Positions 28,997 to 40,229 of a stretch of DNA of 64,000 nt are shown here, piece by piece (position 1 is the stretch's first letter; each line of letters begins with the position of its first letter). The notes under the pieces were generated by a model. That model was not told the origin of the DNA. It saw only the letters and a list, made by a program, of their open reading frames with translations, and searched no databases. A program made the translations under genes and the position numbers. Source of the DNA: an uncultured delta proteobacterium (GTDB lineage Bacteria > Myxococcota_A > Polyangia > Polyangiales > Houyiibacteriaceae); the NCBI GenBank assembly GCA_963699755.1, contig CAVOVB010000007.1:32001-96000 (forward strand), written 5' to 3'.

Positions 28997-31660
28997 GTGA
29001 TGGCAGGGACACATGGGTTGCGAGTGAAACGGATTGGATTCGAAAATGCGTCGATCGTGCTGCTTGGGGCAATCGCCCTCGTTGCAGGCGCACCGGTGCG
29101 GGCACAGGAAGCAGACGCTGGAGTCGATCTGGAAGCGAGCGCCGACGCGGACGCTGGAGCCGAAGCCTCCACGGACCTCCACCCTCCCCACCTCCTCGAG
29201 GCTCCACCTCCGCGATACCCTGCCGGTCGAGAGGAACAGGGGCTCCATCCGACCGTGATCCTTCGCATTACGGTCACCGCAACCGGAGCGGTGACCGACA
29301 TCGTCGTCGAGCACTCGGCGGGGACGGAGTTCGACGCGGAGGCGGTGCGCGCCGTGAAGGGATGGACATTCGAGCCGGCAACGCGGGGTGACGTGCCCGT
29401 ATCCAGCCGAGTACGGGTCGCCGTCCATTTCGAGCCGACATCCGCGAGAGTGCCACACGAGGGCGAGACCCACGAGCCCCAACAAGCTCCGCACGTGGTG
29501 GATACCCCGCCCTCACCGAACGTTCCTGCAGCTGTCTCCCCTGCCACCGCTGCTGAAGAGGAGCCGAAACCAAAGGCTGGATTCAGCACCACGGCCGAGG
29601 TCGATCCTGAGAAGCTTCGGGCCCAAGACCGAGGCGCCGCGGACTTCACGATCGACCGCAAGGTACTAGACGCCGCGCCGGCCCAGACCGCCAATGATCT
29701 ACTTGCCCGAGCGCCCGGCCTCTACGTCGCCAACGTCGAAGGTGACGCGGCCGGCGGCTTCCTCTATCTGCGCGGTTTCGACTCGGAGCACGGCCAGGAC
29801 ATCGAGCTCAAGCTGGGCGATGTTCCCCTGAATCAGCCCTCGAACATTCATGGGCAAGGCTACGCCTACATCAACTTCATCGTGCCCGAAGCCGTACGCG
29901 AGCTACGCGTGATCGAAGGCGTGTACGACCCGGAGCAGGGTGATTTCGCCGTCGCCGGCACTGTCAAGTTCGACATGGGCGTCGAGCAGCGCGGGGTCTA
30001 CGCCAAGAGCGAGTTCGGCTCGTTCAAGACATTTCGACAGGTCGCGATCTTCGCACCCAAGGGCAAGGACCCGGACACCTTCGGCGCCTTTCAGCTCCGA
30101 CGCTCCGATGGATTCGGGCAGAACCGCGATGGCCTCGACGGCTCGGCGATGTTCCAAATTGGCTTCGGCAAAGAGGAGTGGCGCCACCGGGTCCACGGAG
30201 CCTTCTGGGGCGCGCGCTACAACTCGGCTGGCGTACTTCGAGCCGACGACATTGCCGACGGGACCGTCGGCTTCTACGACGTCTACCCCTACCCGACCGC
30301 GCGCGCGCAAAACACGTTCAACGCGGGCGGCATCCTCGGCGTCCACGGCGAGCACCGTGGCGAAAACCGCAAGAACACCAGCTACGACGTCTACGTCCAG
30401 CTCCTCGATTTTCGCATCCAGCAGAACTTCACCGGTTTTCTCCAGACCTCACGCGCATCTCCGAACTTCTTCGGCCGCGGCGATCTCATCGAGCAGCGCG
30501 ACCGCCGCATCGTGCTCGGCGGGAAGGCCCGGCACCGCACCGCACGCTTTGAGCCTTCCGAGTACGCCAAGGGCACCATCGAGATAGGCACCTCGGCGCG
30601 CGTCGACCTCATCAATCCACAGCAGCAGAACCTTCTCGAGGCCCCGGCAAACCAAACCTGGGATGAGCGCGTCGACGCCAACATCGTGCAGGCCGACATC
30701 GGGCTCTTCGTCGACCTCGACTGGGACTTCAGCAAATACTTCAACCTCAAGGGCGGGGTTCGTGCCGATGTATTGTTCTTCGACATCGACAGCAGGCTCG
30801 GCAACCGCATTCCGGCGTTCCGACCTGAAAACTTCATCCAGGGCTTTCGGCGAACGGCAGCCGGCATCGTCGCGGGCCCACGCCTCGCAGCGACCGGCAA
30901 GCCCACCGAATGGTTCGACATCATCGCGTCCTACGGCGAGGGGTTCCGCTCGCCGCAGGCACGCACGCTGAGCGACAGCGAAATCGCCCCGTTCAGTAAA
31001 GTGCGCTCCGTCGACTTCGGGGTTCGTTTCCGGCTCTTCCCCGAGGAGCAGCTCAAGCTCACGCTGACCGGCTACCGAACCTGGCTCGACAACGACGTAT
31101 TCTTCGAAGCGGCAGAGGGCCGGCTCGAGAACATCGGACCCACGAGCCGCACCGGCTTCGTCTTCTATGCGACCACCAATCCGTTGCCCTGGCTCGTCGG
31201 TGCGCTCTCGGTCACCTACGTGAACGCCGTTCTCGAAGGCCCGCCCCCACCCACGGTCGAGAACCCAACGCCTCCCTTCGATGAGGGCGACCTGCTTCCG
31301 TTCGTCCCGCCGTGGGTGATTCGGCTCGACGTCGGCGCCGGTGACGATCTCGTCGACCTTTGGAAGTATCCGCTGCACGGCCACATCGGGCTCGGCTACA
31401 CCTACCTCGGGTCCAGGTCTCTCCCGTTCGGTCAGTTCGCCGAACCGTTTTCGCTCGTGGACCTCTCCGCTCGCCTGTCCTGGTGGTTCCTCGAGCTGGG
31501 CTTCCAGGTCTTCAACCTCGCCGACAACCAGTACGCGGGCAACGAGTTCGTCTTCGTCTCGGACTGGGACCCGGCGTCCCCTCCTTCACGGGTGCCGGCG
31601 CGCCACCTCAGTGCAGGCCGGCCACGCACGTTCTTTTTCACGCTGGGGATTCGCCTATGA
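28997..31660 (+). CDS. TonB-dependent receptor with N-terminal TonB_C domain
   Basis: Signal peptide; PxYP...G.V....V..S....FD..A..AV..W.FEPA TonB_C; plug LRGFDSEHGQD...HGQGYA; C-terminal beta-strand. Confidence 0.9.
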   Translation: MMAGTHGLRVKRIGFENASIVLLGAIALVAGAPVRAQEADAGVDLEASADADAGAEASTDLHPPHLLEAPPPRYPAGREEQGLHPTVILRITVTATGAVTDIVVEHSAGTEFDAEAVRAVKGWTFEPATRGDVPVSSRVRVAVHFEPTSARVPHEGETHEPQQAPHVVDTPPSPNVPAAVSPATAAEEEPKPKAGFSTTAEVDPEKLRAQDRGAADFTIDRKVLDAAPAQTANDLLARAPGLYVANVEGDAAGGFLYLRGFDSEHGQDIELKLGDVPLNQPSNIHGQGYAYINFIVPEAVRELRVIEGVYDPEQGDFAVAGTVKFDMGVEQRGVYAKSEFGSFKTFRQVAIFAPKGKDPDTFGAFQLRRSDGFGQNRDGLDGSAMFQIGFGKEEWRHRVHGAFWGARYNSAGVLRADDIADGTVGFYDVYPYPTARAQNTFNAGGILGVHGEHRGENRKNTSYDVYVQLLDFRIQQNFTGFLQTSRASPNFFGRGDLIEQRDRRIVLGGKARHRTARFEPSEYAKGTIEIGTSARVDLINPQQQNLLEAPANQTWDERVDANIVQADIGLFVDLDWDFSKYFNLKGGVRADVLFFDIDSRLGNRIPAFRPENFIQGFRRTAAGIVAGPRLAATGKPTEWFDIIASYGEGFRSPQARTLSDSEIAPFSKVRSVDFGVRFRLFPEEQLKLTLTGYRTWLDNDVFFEAAEGRLENIGPTSRTGFVFYATTNPLPWLVGALSVTYVNAVLEGPPPPTVENPTPPFDEGDLLPFVPPWVIRLDVGAGDDLVDLWKYPLHGHIGLGYTYLGSRSLPFGQFAEPFSLVDLSARLSWWFLELGFQVFNLADNQYAGNEFVFVSDWDPASPPSRVPARHLSAGRPRTFFFTLGIRL

Positions 31661-32466
31661 CGCGGTTCCTCCCGCTCGCCGTGCTCGTGCTCCTCGTCGC
31701 CTGCGGTCAAACCCAAGGCGCCTTCGTCGAGATCCCCTTTGAAGGCGCTGGAACCACGCCCGAGACGTTCACCAAAGACGGCTGGGAGGTCACGCTCACG
31801 CAGGCGACGCTGGGCTTCGGCCCGATCTACTTCTGTGCCACCGACAGCCAGTCGCCGGAACGCTGCGGGGTGGCGATTGCCGAGTATCTCGAAGGCACGA
31901 CGCTCGACGGGCTCGACCCGGCACCCCAACCGATCGGACTCATCGAGGGCACCACTGGAATCGTCCGTTCGACTTTTTTCGACTACGGCATCGTGTGGCT
32001 CCTGACGAGTCCCGTGCCCGAAGCCCTCGAGGGCGTGCCTGGTGGACCCGCGGTGGTGCGCTCGGAAAGCGCGAGCTACGTGCCTTTTGGCCACTCCGCC
32101 CAGTTCGCGGGCTCCGCAACCTGCGTGGCGGACCCGGCCACTTGCTGCCCGGACGCGTCGGTGTGCCCCGCAGCGTACGCGTTCGAAGCCAACGTCGACG
32201 TCCTGGCCCTCAACCGTGGCACACCCACGGTGTTCGGCGTTGAGACGTTTGAAGAGATCACGACCGACCCGCGCATCCTGACGATCACGTTCAATCCGAA
32301 CGCCTGGTGGCAAACAGTCGACTTCGGGCGCCTCGCGGCGCTCGACGACGGCACCGGGAACGTGCTCGTGACGCAGGACGACCCCGACTACAGCGCGCTG
32401 GTCATCGCGATGACCCTCAACGAGCTTCCCACCTTCACGTGGACCACCACGGAGGGGGCAGATTGA
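31657..32466 (+). CDS. Lipoprotein of the TBDR operon
   Basis: Start MTRFLPLAVLVLLVAC (lipobox) overlapping the TBDR stop (ATGA). Confidence 0.8.
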   Translation: MTRFLPLAVLVLLVACGQTQGAFVEIPFEGAGTTPETFTKDGWEVTLTQATLGFGPIYFCATDSQSPERCGVAIAEYLEGTTLDGLDPAPQPIGLIEGTTGIVRSTFFDYGIVWLLTSPVPEALEGVPGGPAVVRSESASYVPFGHSAQFAGSATCVADPATCCPDASVCPAAYAFEANVDVLALNRGTPTVFGVETFEEITTDPRILTITFNPNAWWQTVDFGRLAALDDGTGNVLVTQDDPDYSALVIAMTLNELPTFTWTTTEGAD

Positions 32467-32495
32467 CAAACCGATAAAGGCGAACGGAGAACAAG

Positions 32496-33410
32496 ATGAA
32501 CACTGCACGAACGAAAATGATCCTCATCGCGATCGCCTCGGCTGCCCTCGCAGCGGGCTGTGGCGACGACGGCGGCGGCGGCAACGGAGGAGGCGGTGAC
32601 GGCAACCTATCCGTCGTCTTGGGAGCAGAGGACACCATCCCGGAAGGGCTCGATGGCACTGACGCGTGCGAAGACGAGTGCATCGAAGATGGCTACAGCG
32701 TGACGTTCGATCGCTACATCGTCGCCGTGGGCTTCGTCGACATGAATCAGGTTGGAGGCGCCAACCCGCAGAGCAGCCCCGACGTCGGCGTCGCGGACTT
32801 CACGAGCCTGCCTTCCACACTACCCGAGCTGACCGCCTTCAACGGCATTCCGACTGGGCAGTACACGGAGTTTGGATTCGAAACGCCGGCCCCCGAAGCA
32901 GGCGTGACCAACATCAACTCGGTGGCCCAGGACGACATCGATGCCATGGTGGAAAACGGCTGGAGCTATATCATCGACGGGACCCTCACCCGAGAGTCGG
33001 ACGGCGAGACGATCGACTTCTTGATCGAAGCCAACTCGCCGGCCGTCTACACCGACTGCGCGCTCGAAACCGAGCCGGAGCCCGGCGTCCCAGTCACGAC
33101 CAACTCGAGCGCCGAGGTCACCATCCACGGCGACCATGTCTTCTTCAACGGGTTCCCCGAAGACGAGACCCAGATTCAGCGGCTCGCCGGTTGGATGTGG
33201 ACGGTTGGTGAAGAACGGGACACGGACGGCGAGATCACTCGGGCGGACTTCGAGGCCGCAACGAACATCGCGAAGCTCTTTCCGGCCCCGACCTACGTGC
33301 TAGCCGGCAGCCCTCTAGAGATCAACAACGCGTGGGACTTCGTCCGCGCCCAGCTCGGCACCCAGGGTCACATCTTCGGTGAGGGCGAATGCGAATGGAG
33401 CCCACTTTAG
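32496..33410 (+). CDS. Acidic lipoprotein of the TBDR operon
   Basis: LAAGC lipobox, Gly-rich linker, TIHGDH.FF and GH...EG.C motifs. Confidence 0.8.
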   Translation: MNTARTKMILIAIASAALAAGCGDDGGGGNGGGGDGNLSVVLGAEDTIPEGLDGTDACEDECIEDGYSVTFDRYIVAVGFVDMNQVGGANPQSSPDVGVADFTSLPSTLPELTAFNGIPTGQYTEFGFETPAPEAGVTNINSVAQDDIDAMVENGWSYIIDGTLTRESDGETIDFLIEANSPAVYTDCALETEPEPGVPVTTNSSAEVTIHGDHVFFNGFPEDETQIQRLAGWMWTVGEERDTDGEITRADFEAATNIAKLFPAPTYVLAGSPLEINNAWDFVRAQLGTQGHIFGEGECEWSPL

Positions 33411-33413
33411 CCC

Positions 33414-33729
33414 ATGAGCGTGCTTGCGTTGTCCCTGCTGCTCGCTGTCTGCGCCCTCGGCGCGGGCCTCGTGGGATGGCTGACCGGCATGGGTGGAGGG
33501 GTGATCATCGTGCCGCTCATCGTTCTGAGTCTTCACATGGACATTCGCTATGCGATCGGCGCCTCCCTCGTATCGGTGATCGGCACCTCGTCCGGTGCCG
33601 CCGCGACTTAGGTCAAGGAGGGATTCACCAATCTTCGCCTTGGAATGCTGCTCGAGGTGGCAACGACGCTTGGCGCCGTGGGTGGAGCGTTCGTCGCCGC
33701 TCGACTATCGGCCTCTGCCATTGGGAGCG
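33414..33729 (+). pseudogene. TSUP (TauE/SafE) transporter, 5' part only
   Basis: G..G..TG.GGGVIIVP, AIGASLVSVI.TSSG; in-frame TAG at 33609; truncated at the copy E edge. Confidence 0.8.
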
Positions 33730-33845
33730 TAAGAGCAAGGGCCCTCTCCGCGCGGTTCCCCACGCGACATAGCAAGCTAGTGCCCCGAAATTCGGCTCTC
33801 CACATGAGCCCGATGGGCTAGGAGGCCGGAAAACAAACGCGGTCT
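33729..33845 (-). repeat. Tripartite element copy E (intact, inverted, with an extra box III before box I)
   Basis: Minus strand: AGACCGCGTTTGTTTTCCGGCCTCCTAGCCCATCG GGCTCATGTGGAGA GCCGA ATTTCGGGGCA CTAGCTTG CTATGTCGCGT N18 GGCCCTTGCTCTTAC. Confidence 0.8.
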
Positions 33846-33950
33846 GGCTACCCCGCTCGGGTCCCGAACCGCGAGAAGACCCCGACGACAGCCGGAGCGA
33901 CGCGCCGGTGCAATCGCTCGACCTGCGAGGTCGAGCGCAGTCAACAAGCC

Positions 33951-34417
33951 CAGGCGTCGTCGAGCTCGGGGCGGCCCTGCTCGCGGCATTGCCCGACTAC
34001 ACGCGCGGTGCCGTGGAGCTGGGCGGCCGCGAGGCCCGATACGCCTACGGTCGCGTGGACCTCAACACTGACGGGACCGAAGAAGTGCTGGCGATCTTGA
34101 TGGGCTCGATCTTCTTCGGGACCGGAGGCTGCAACCTACTGCTGCTGAAGGAGGAGGGCGAGAGATACACCGTCATCAACACATTCCCATTCGCCGGCTC
34201 CCGATCATCGTCTCCAATCGGAAGACGGCGGGATGGAACGACCTCCTGAGGCCGGGATACGGCGGCGGGGTCGAGCGGTCCTAGGTCAAGCAGGTCTTCG
34301 ACAGGAGCCGGCAGGTGCGGGCGGAGCGCTGCCCCGGAGACGTCATCCCCGAGGATACCTGGCGCCTCGCCGGAGAGTACTCCTACGAGACCGGAATCCC
34401 CTTGAAGCCTGAACCCT
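33951..34417 (+). pseudogene. Degraded conserved hypothetical (lipoprotein-type) gene
   Basis: Y...DLN.DG..E.L......GTGGC..L then frameshift to GWNDL...GGG and an in-frame stop. Confidence 0.55.
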
Positions 34418-34461
34418 GATCTCGGCGAGGCGAGGTCGCGGACGACGCGACCGGGCGGGCT

Positions 34462-37163
<2,702 letters not shown>

Positions 37164-37242
37164 GATGAATTCTTACCTGCGATTGATTCTTAGATACGTA
37201 GCTATCTGCACTTAGTGAAATGTCAACGGGCCGTGTGCTCCG

Positions 37243-37712
37243 GGATTGCTTTGGGTTCTCGTGGGCTGGCGGCCGCGGGCGATCTCGGGTCGACCGCAAC
37301 CCTGTTGTGTTGTCATTGGCAGCAATCCACAGAGAGAAGCGCTGCCCAATGCCGACACGCTTTTCGCTCCCGTCACGGGAATGAATCGAGGACGCACCAT
37401 CGAGCCCGGCACGACCTGGGCGCTGTCGCGTCGCACCACCCGATGCTACTTCCTCCTCAGTCCCGACCAAGTGCGCGAGCTCGAGCAATGCTACTGATAT
37501 TGCCTCGCTCTGGCAGCACAGCGCTTCGGTGTCGTCGTGCACGCCGGTTGCCTGATGAGCCCCCACTCGCACCAGGTCGTCACCGATGTCCGCGGGGTGC
37601 TCCCCCGCCTCGTGCAGGAGCTCTATCGACTGCTCGCGCTCACCACCAGAGCGCTTTGCGGATGGACCGGTGAAGTATTCGACACGCGGAGCACCGCCCA
37701 GCACGCCCGAAG
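37243..37712 (+). pseudogene. Second HUH transposase copy (5' part) with conserved ~140-bp leader
   Basis: ATG 37381 MNRGRTIEPGTTWALSRRTTR...; TGA at 37495; CLMSPHSH; leader alignable to 11778-11915. Confidence 0.85.
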
Positions 37713-37814
37713 CCGCCCTCGATGCACCCGCCAACGTCGGCTAGATCTTCTTGGTCAAGACTTCATCTTTGAGCGATGGAAACGCTTTCGCGGAGTTAGA
37801 CGAGCTGATCGAAC

Positions 37815-39323
37815 ATGAGTCTCCGCACGCCAAAACGCCTTCTGGTCCTCTTTGGAAACCAGCTCTTTGCAAACGACTGCATTGCACAGACCGACCCTCA
37901 CGCGATCTTCATGGCGGAGTCCGGCCATATGTGTCGGCGCTACCCGGCGCACTCCCAGAAGCTCGTCCTCGTTCTGAGCGCCATGCGTTCGAAAGCTGAC
38001 CGGCTCTGCGAGGCGGGTCATCGCGTCTTCTACACAAAGCTCGAGGAGGCCGGCGACCGATCGTTCTCTGCCTTGCTTGCCGCGCATCTCTCCGAGCATC
38101 CCTACGACGAGCTAGTTCATTTCGAGACCGAGTCCCCGTCGATGGAGGCACGTCTCGAGTCGCTCTGCGCCGGGCGCGGCATCGTTCGGCGAGCATTCGA
38201 GAGCCCGATGTTCGTCACGAATCACGCGACCTTCGAAGAATATCGAAAGAGTCACAAGCGCCTGTTCATGGCCGACTTCTACCGCTGGCAGCGGAAGCGG
38301 ATGGGAATCCTGGTCGACTCCAAGGGCAACCCGCTGGGGGGCAAGTGGAGCTACGACGAGGAGAACCGTAAGAAGCTTCCGAAGGGCTTGGTGCCTCCGC
38401 CTCTTCCGAAGCCATCCTGGACCGGCCACACGCGTGATGTCGTCGAGCTGGTGAAGAAAACGTTCGCCGAGCACCCCGGGGACCCGAGCGAGTTTTGGCT
38501 TCCGACCACCGAGCAAGGGGCAGAGGCCGCGCTGCGGGCATTTCTCGACGAGCGCTTCGAGCTCTTCGGGGACTATGAAGACGCGCTCAGCAAAGAGCAT
38601 CCGTTCCTGTTTCATTCCGTGCTCAGCGCTCTTCTGAACCATGGATTGTTGACGCCACGGCGCGTGCTCGACCTTGTCCTTCAGAAGGCAGAGAGCGACG
38701 GGGTGCGAACCAATTCTCTCGAGGGCTTCGTCCGGCAAGTGATCGGTTGGCGCGAGTTCGTTCGCGGGGTTTGGCATACGCTGCCCCAGGGGCACTGGGA
38801 ACAGAACTTCTGGAACCATCACGCTCGGCTCACCAAGCACTGGTACGAGGGTACGACCGACATTCCGCCGCTCGATGATGCGATCCGCCGTGCACGAGCC
38901 CGCGGCTACAATCACCACATCGAACGGCTGATGGTGCTCGGGAACATGATGCTTCTGTGCAGGGTCGAGCCGAGCGAAGCCTACAGCTGGTTCATGGAGA
39001 TGTTCATCGACTCCGCGGACTGGGTGATGGCTCCCAACGTCTACGGGATGGCTCTCTTCAGCGAAGGTGGAGCGTTCACGACGAAACCGTATATTTGCGC
39101 CTCGAGCTACCTTCGCAAGATGGGCGACTACCCAAAGGGCGAATGGTGCGAAGTGGTCGACGGTCTGTACTGGTCGTTCGTACGCGACCACCGAGCGTTC
39201 TTCGAGAAGAACCCGCGCAGCAAGATGATGACCCGTACCCTCGATCGACTCGACGATGCTCGCAAGACGCGGATCTTCGAGCTCGCAGACGCATTCATCG
39301 GCCGGATTACGCGCTCACCCTGA
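37815..39323 (+). CDS. Photolyase/cryptochrome of the PhrB / bacterial (6-4) photolyase clade
   Basis: GNQLF, H.QKL...SAMR, P.GGKWSYDEENRK, LEGFVRQVIGWREF, HHIERLM, D..DWVM.PNV.GM, TKPY. Confidence 0.9.
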   Translation: MSLRTPKRLLVLFGNQLFANDCIAQTDPHAIFMAESGHMCRRYPAHSQKLVLVLSAMRSKADRLCEAGHRVFYTKLEEAGDRSFSALLAAHLSEHPYDELVHFETESPSMEARLESLCAGRGIVRRAFESPMFVTNHATFEEYRKSHKRLFMADFYRWQRKRMGILVDSKGNPLGGKWSYDEENRKKLPKGLVPPPLPKPSWTGHTRDVVELVKKTFAEHPGDPSEFWLPTTEQGAEAALRAFLDERFELFGDYEDALSKEHPFLFHSVLSALLNHGLLTPRRVLDLVLQKAESDGVRTNSLEGFVRQVIGWREFVRGVWHTLPQGHWEQNFWNHHARLTKHWYEGTTDIPPLDDAIRRARARGYNHHIERLMVLGNMMLLCRVEPSEAYSWFMEMFIDSADWVMAPNVYGMALFSEGGAFTTKPYICASSYLRKMGDYPKGEWCEVVDGLYWSFVRDHRAFFEKNPRSKMMTRTLDRLDDARKTRIFELADAFIGRITRSP

Positions 39324-39437
39324 CCCGCTCGGCGCGCACCAACTCCTTGGCGAAGTTCAATGGATACCGAAGAATTCAGCTCGATGGTTGAGCGGTACGA
39401 CTGGGACGAATTTGGCAAACCGTTCGCCAGGCCCTAG

Positions 39438-40223
39438 ATGAACGCGATGGCGAAGGGCGTTCGTGACGTAATCCGGCGGGCCGCGAAGGGCAGCTCTTGG
39501 TCGCACTTCATGGACTACGCATCGCCGGCGCTGTTCGAAGTCATGCCGCTGCGGGCGCTCCTGGCGCAGGGCAAGGAGTTCGTCGCCAATGGCTCGGACG
39601 CGCGGCGCTACGAAAAAGTGCGCGAGTCTGTTGCGGCTTCACTGAATGCCCGCGGCCTCGAAGTCGAGCTCGGGCCGCAAGACGAGCATGCGGAGGGCCT
39701 CTCGCCCCGCAGCCTCTCCGAACCTTTGCGGCGTCGAACCGGCAATAGAATTCTCGAGATTTACTTCACGCAGATCTTCGCAGGCGGTGATGCGATTTTG
39801 GACCTGCGGTCAGATTCCTTCTCGGCGTCCGAAGGTTCGACCCTTCGTTGGCGGCCCAAGGCGTTCTACGTTCAATGGCAGGCCGACTTTCTGAATGGGC
39901 TTCGCAACCTCTATGCCGGCTTCTACCGAGATGACGAAGCACGTTTTGACATGGGCTTGCGTCGGTTGTGCCTGCAGGACTCCGGAGACGCCCTGCTGAG
40001 CCATCTTGGCAGCGGCGACCAGCGAAGCGTCCGGTTCGAGACGAGCGCGTTTCACACCAGCTTTCACGACACGTTCTTGGCCTGCCGCGATCGAGGCGTG
40101 GCGCTTCATCGGAATTTCCTCGCGCTCGGCATCTATCTGGTGAGTCTCTACGATGTGCTCGAATCACTTGGCCTCGAGTTTGATGTGCGCGGCGCGTTCG
40201 AGCGGAGCTACGTGCACAGCTAG
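39438..40223 (+). CDS. Hypothetical protein
   Basis: Long ORF with coding-like bias, operonic with the next two genes. Confidence 0.65.
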   Translation: MNAMAKGVRDVIRRAAKGSSWSHFMDYASPALFEVMPLRALLAQGKEFVANGSDARRYEKVRESVAASLNARGLEVELGPQDEHAEGLSPRSLSEPLRRRTGNRILEIYFTQIFAGGDAILDLRSDSFSASEGSTLRWRPKAFYVQWQADFLNGLRNLYAGFYRDDEARFDMGLRRLCLQDSGDALLSHLGSGDQRSVRFETSAFHTSFHDTFLACRDRGVALHRNFLALGIYLVSLYDVLESLGLEFDVRGAFERSYVHS

Positions 40224-40229
40224 CAGCCG

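Noticed and set aside
8274..33845. Repeats considered as a CRISPR array or REP/BIME cluster
   Set aside because: Spacing is kb-scale and irregular, one copy is inverted, there are no cas genes, and the unit is not a simple palindrome
37164..37215. PerR/Fur box upstream of fur-katG
   Set aside because: AT-rich with TAAGAAT twice on the minus strand, but no clean palindrome I can support
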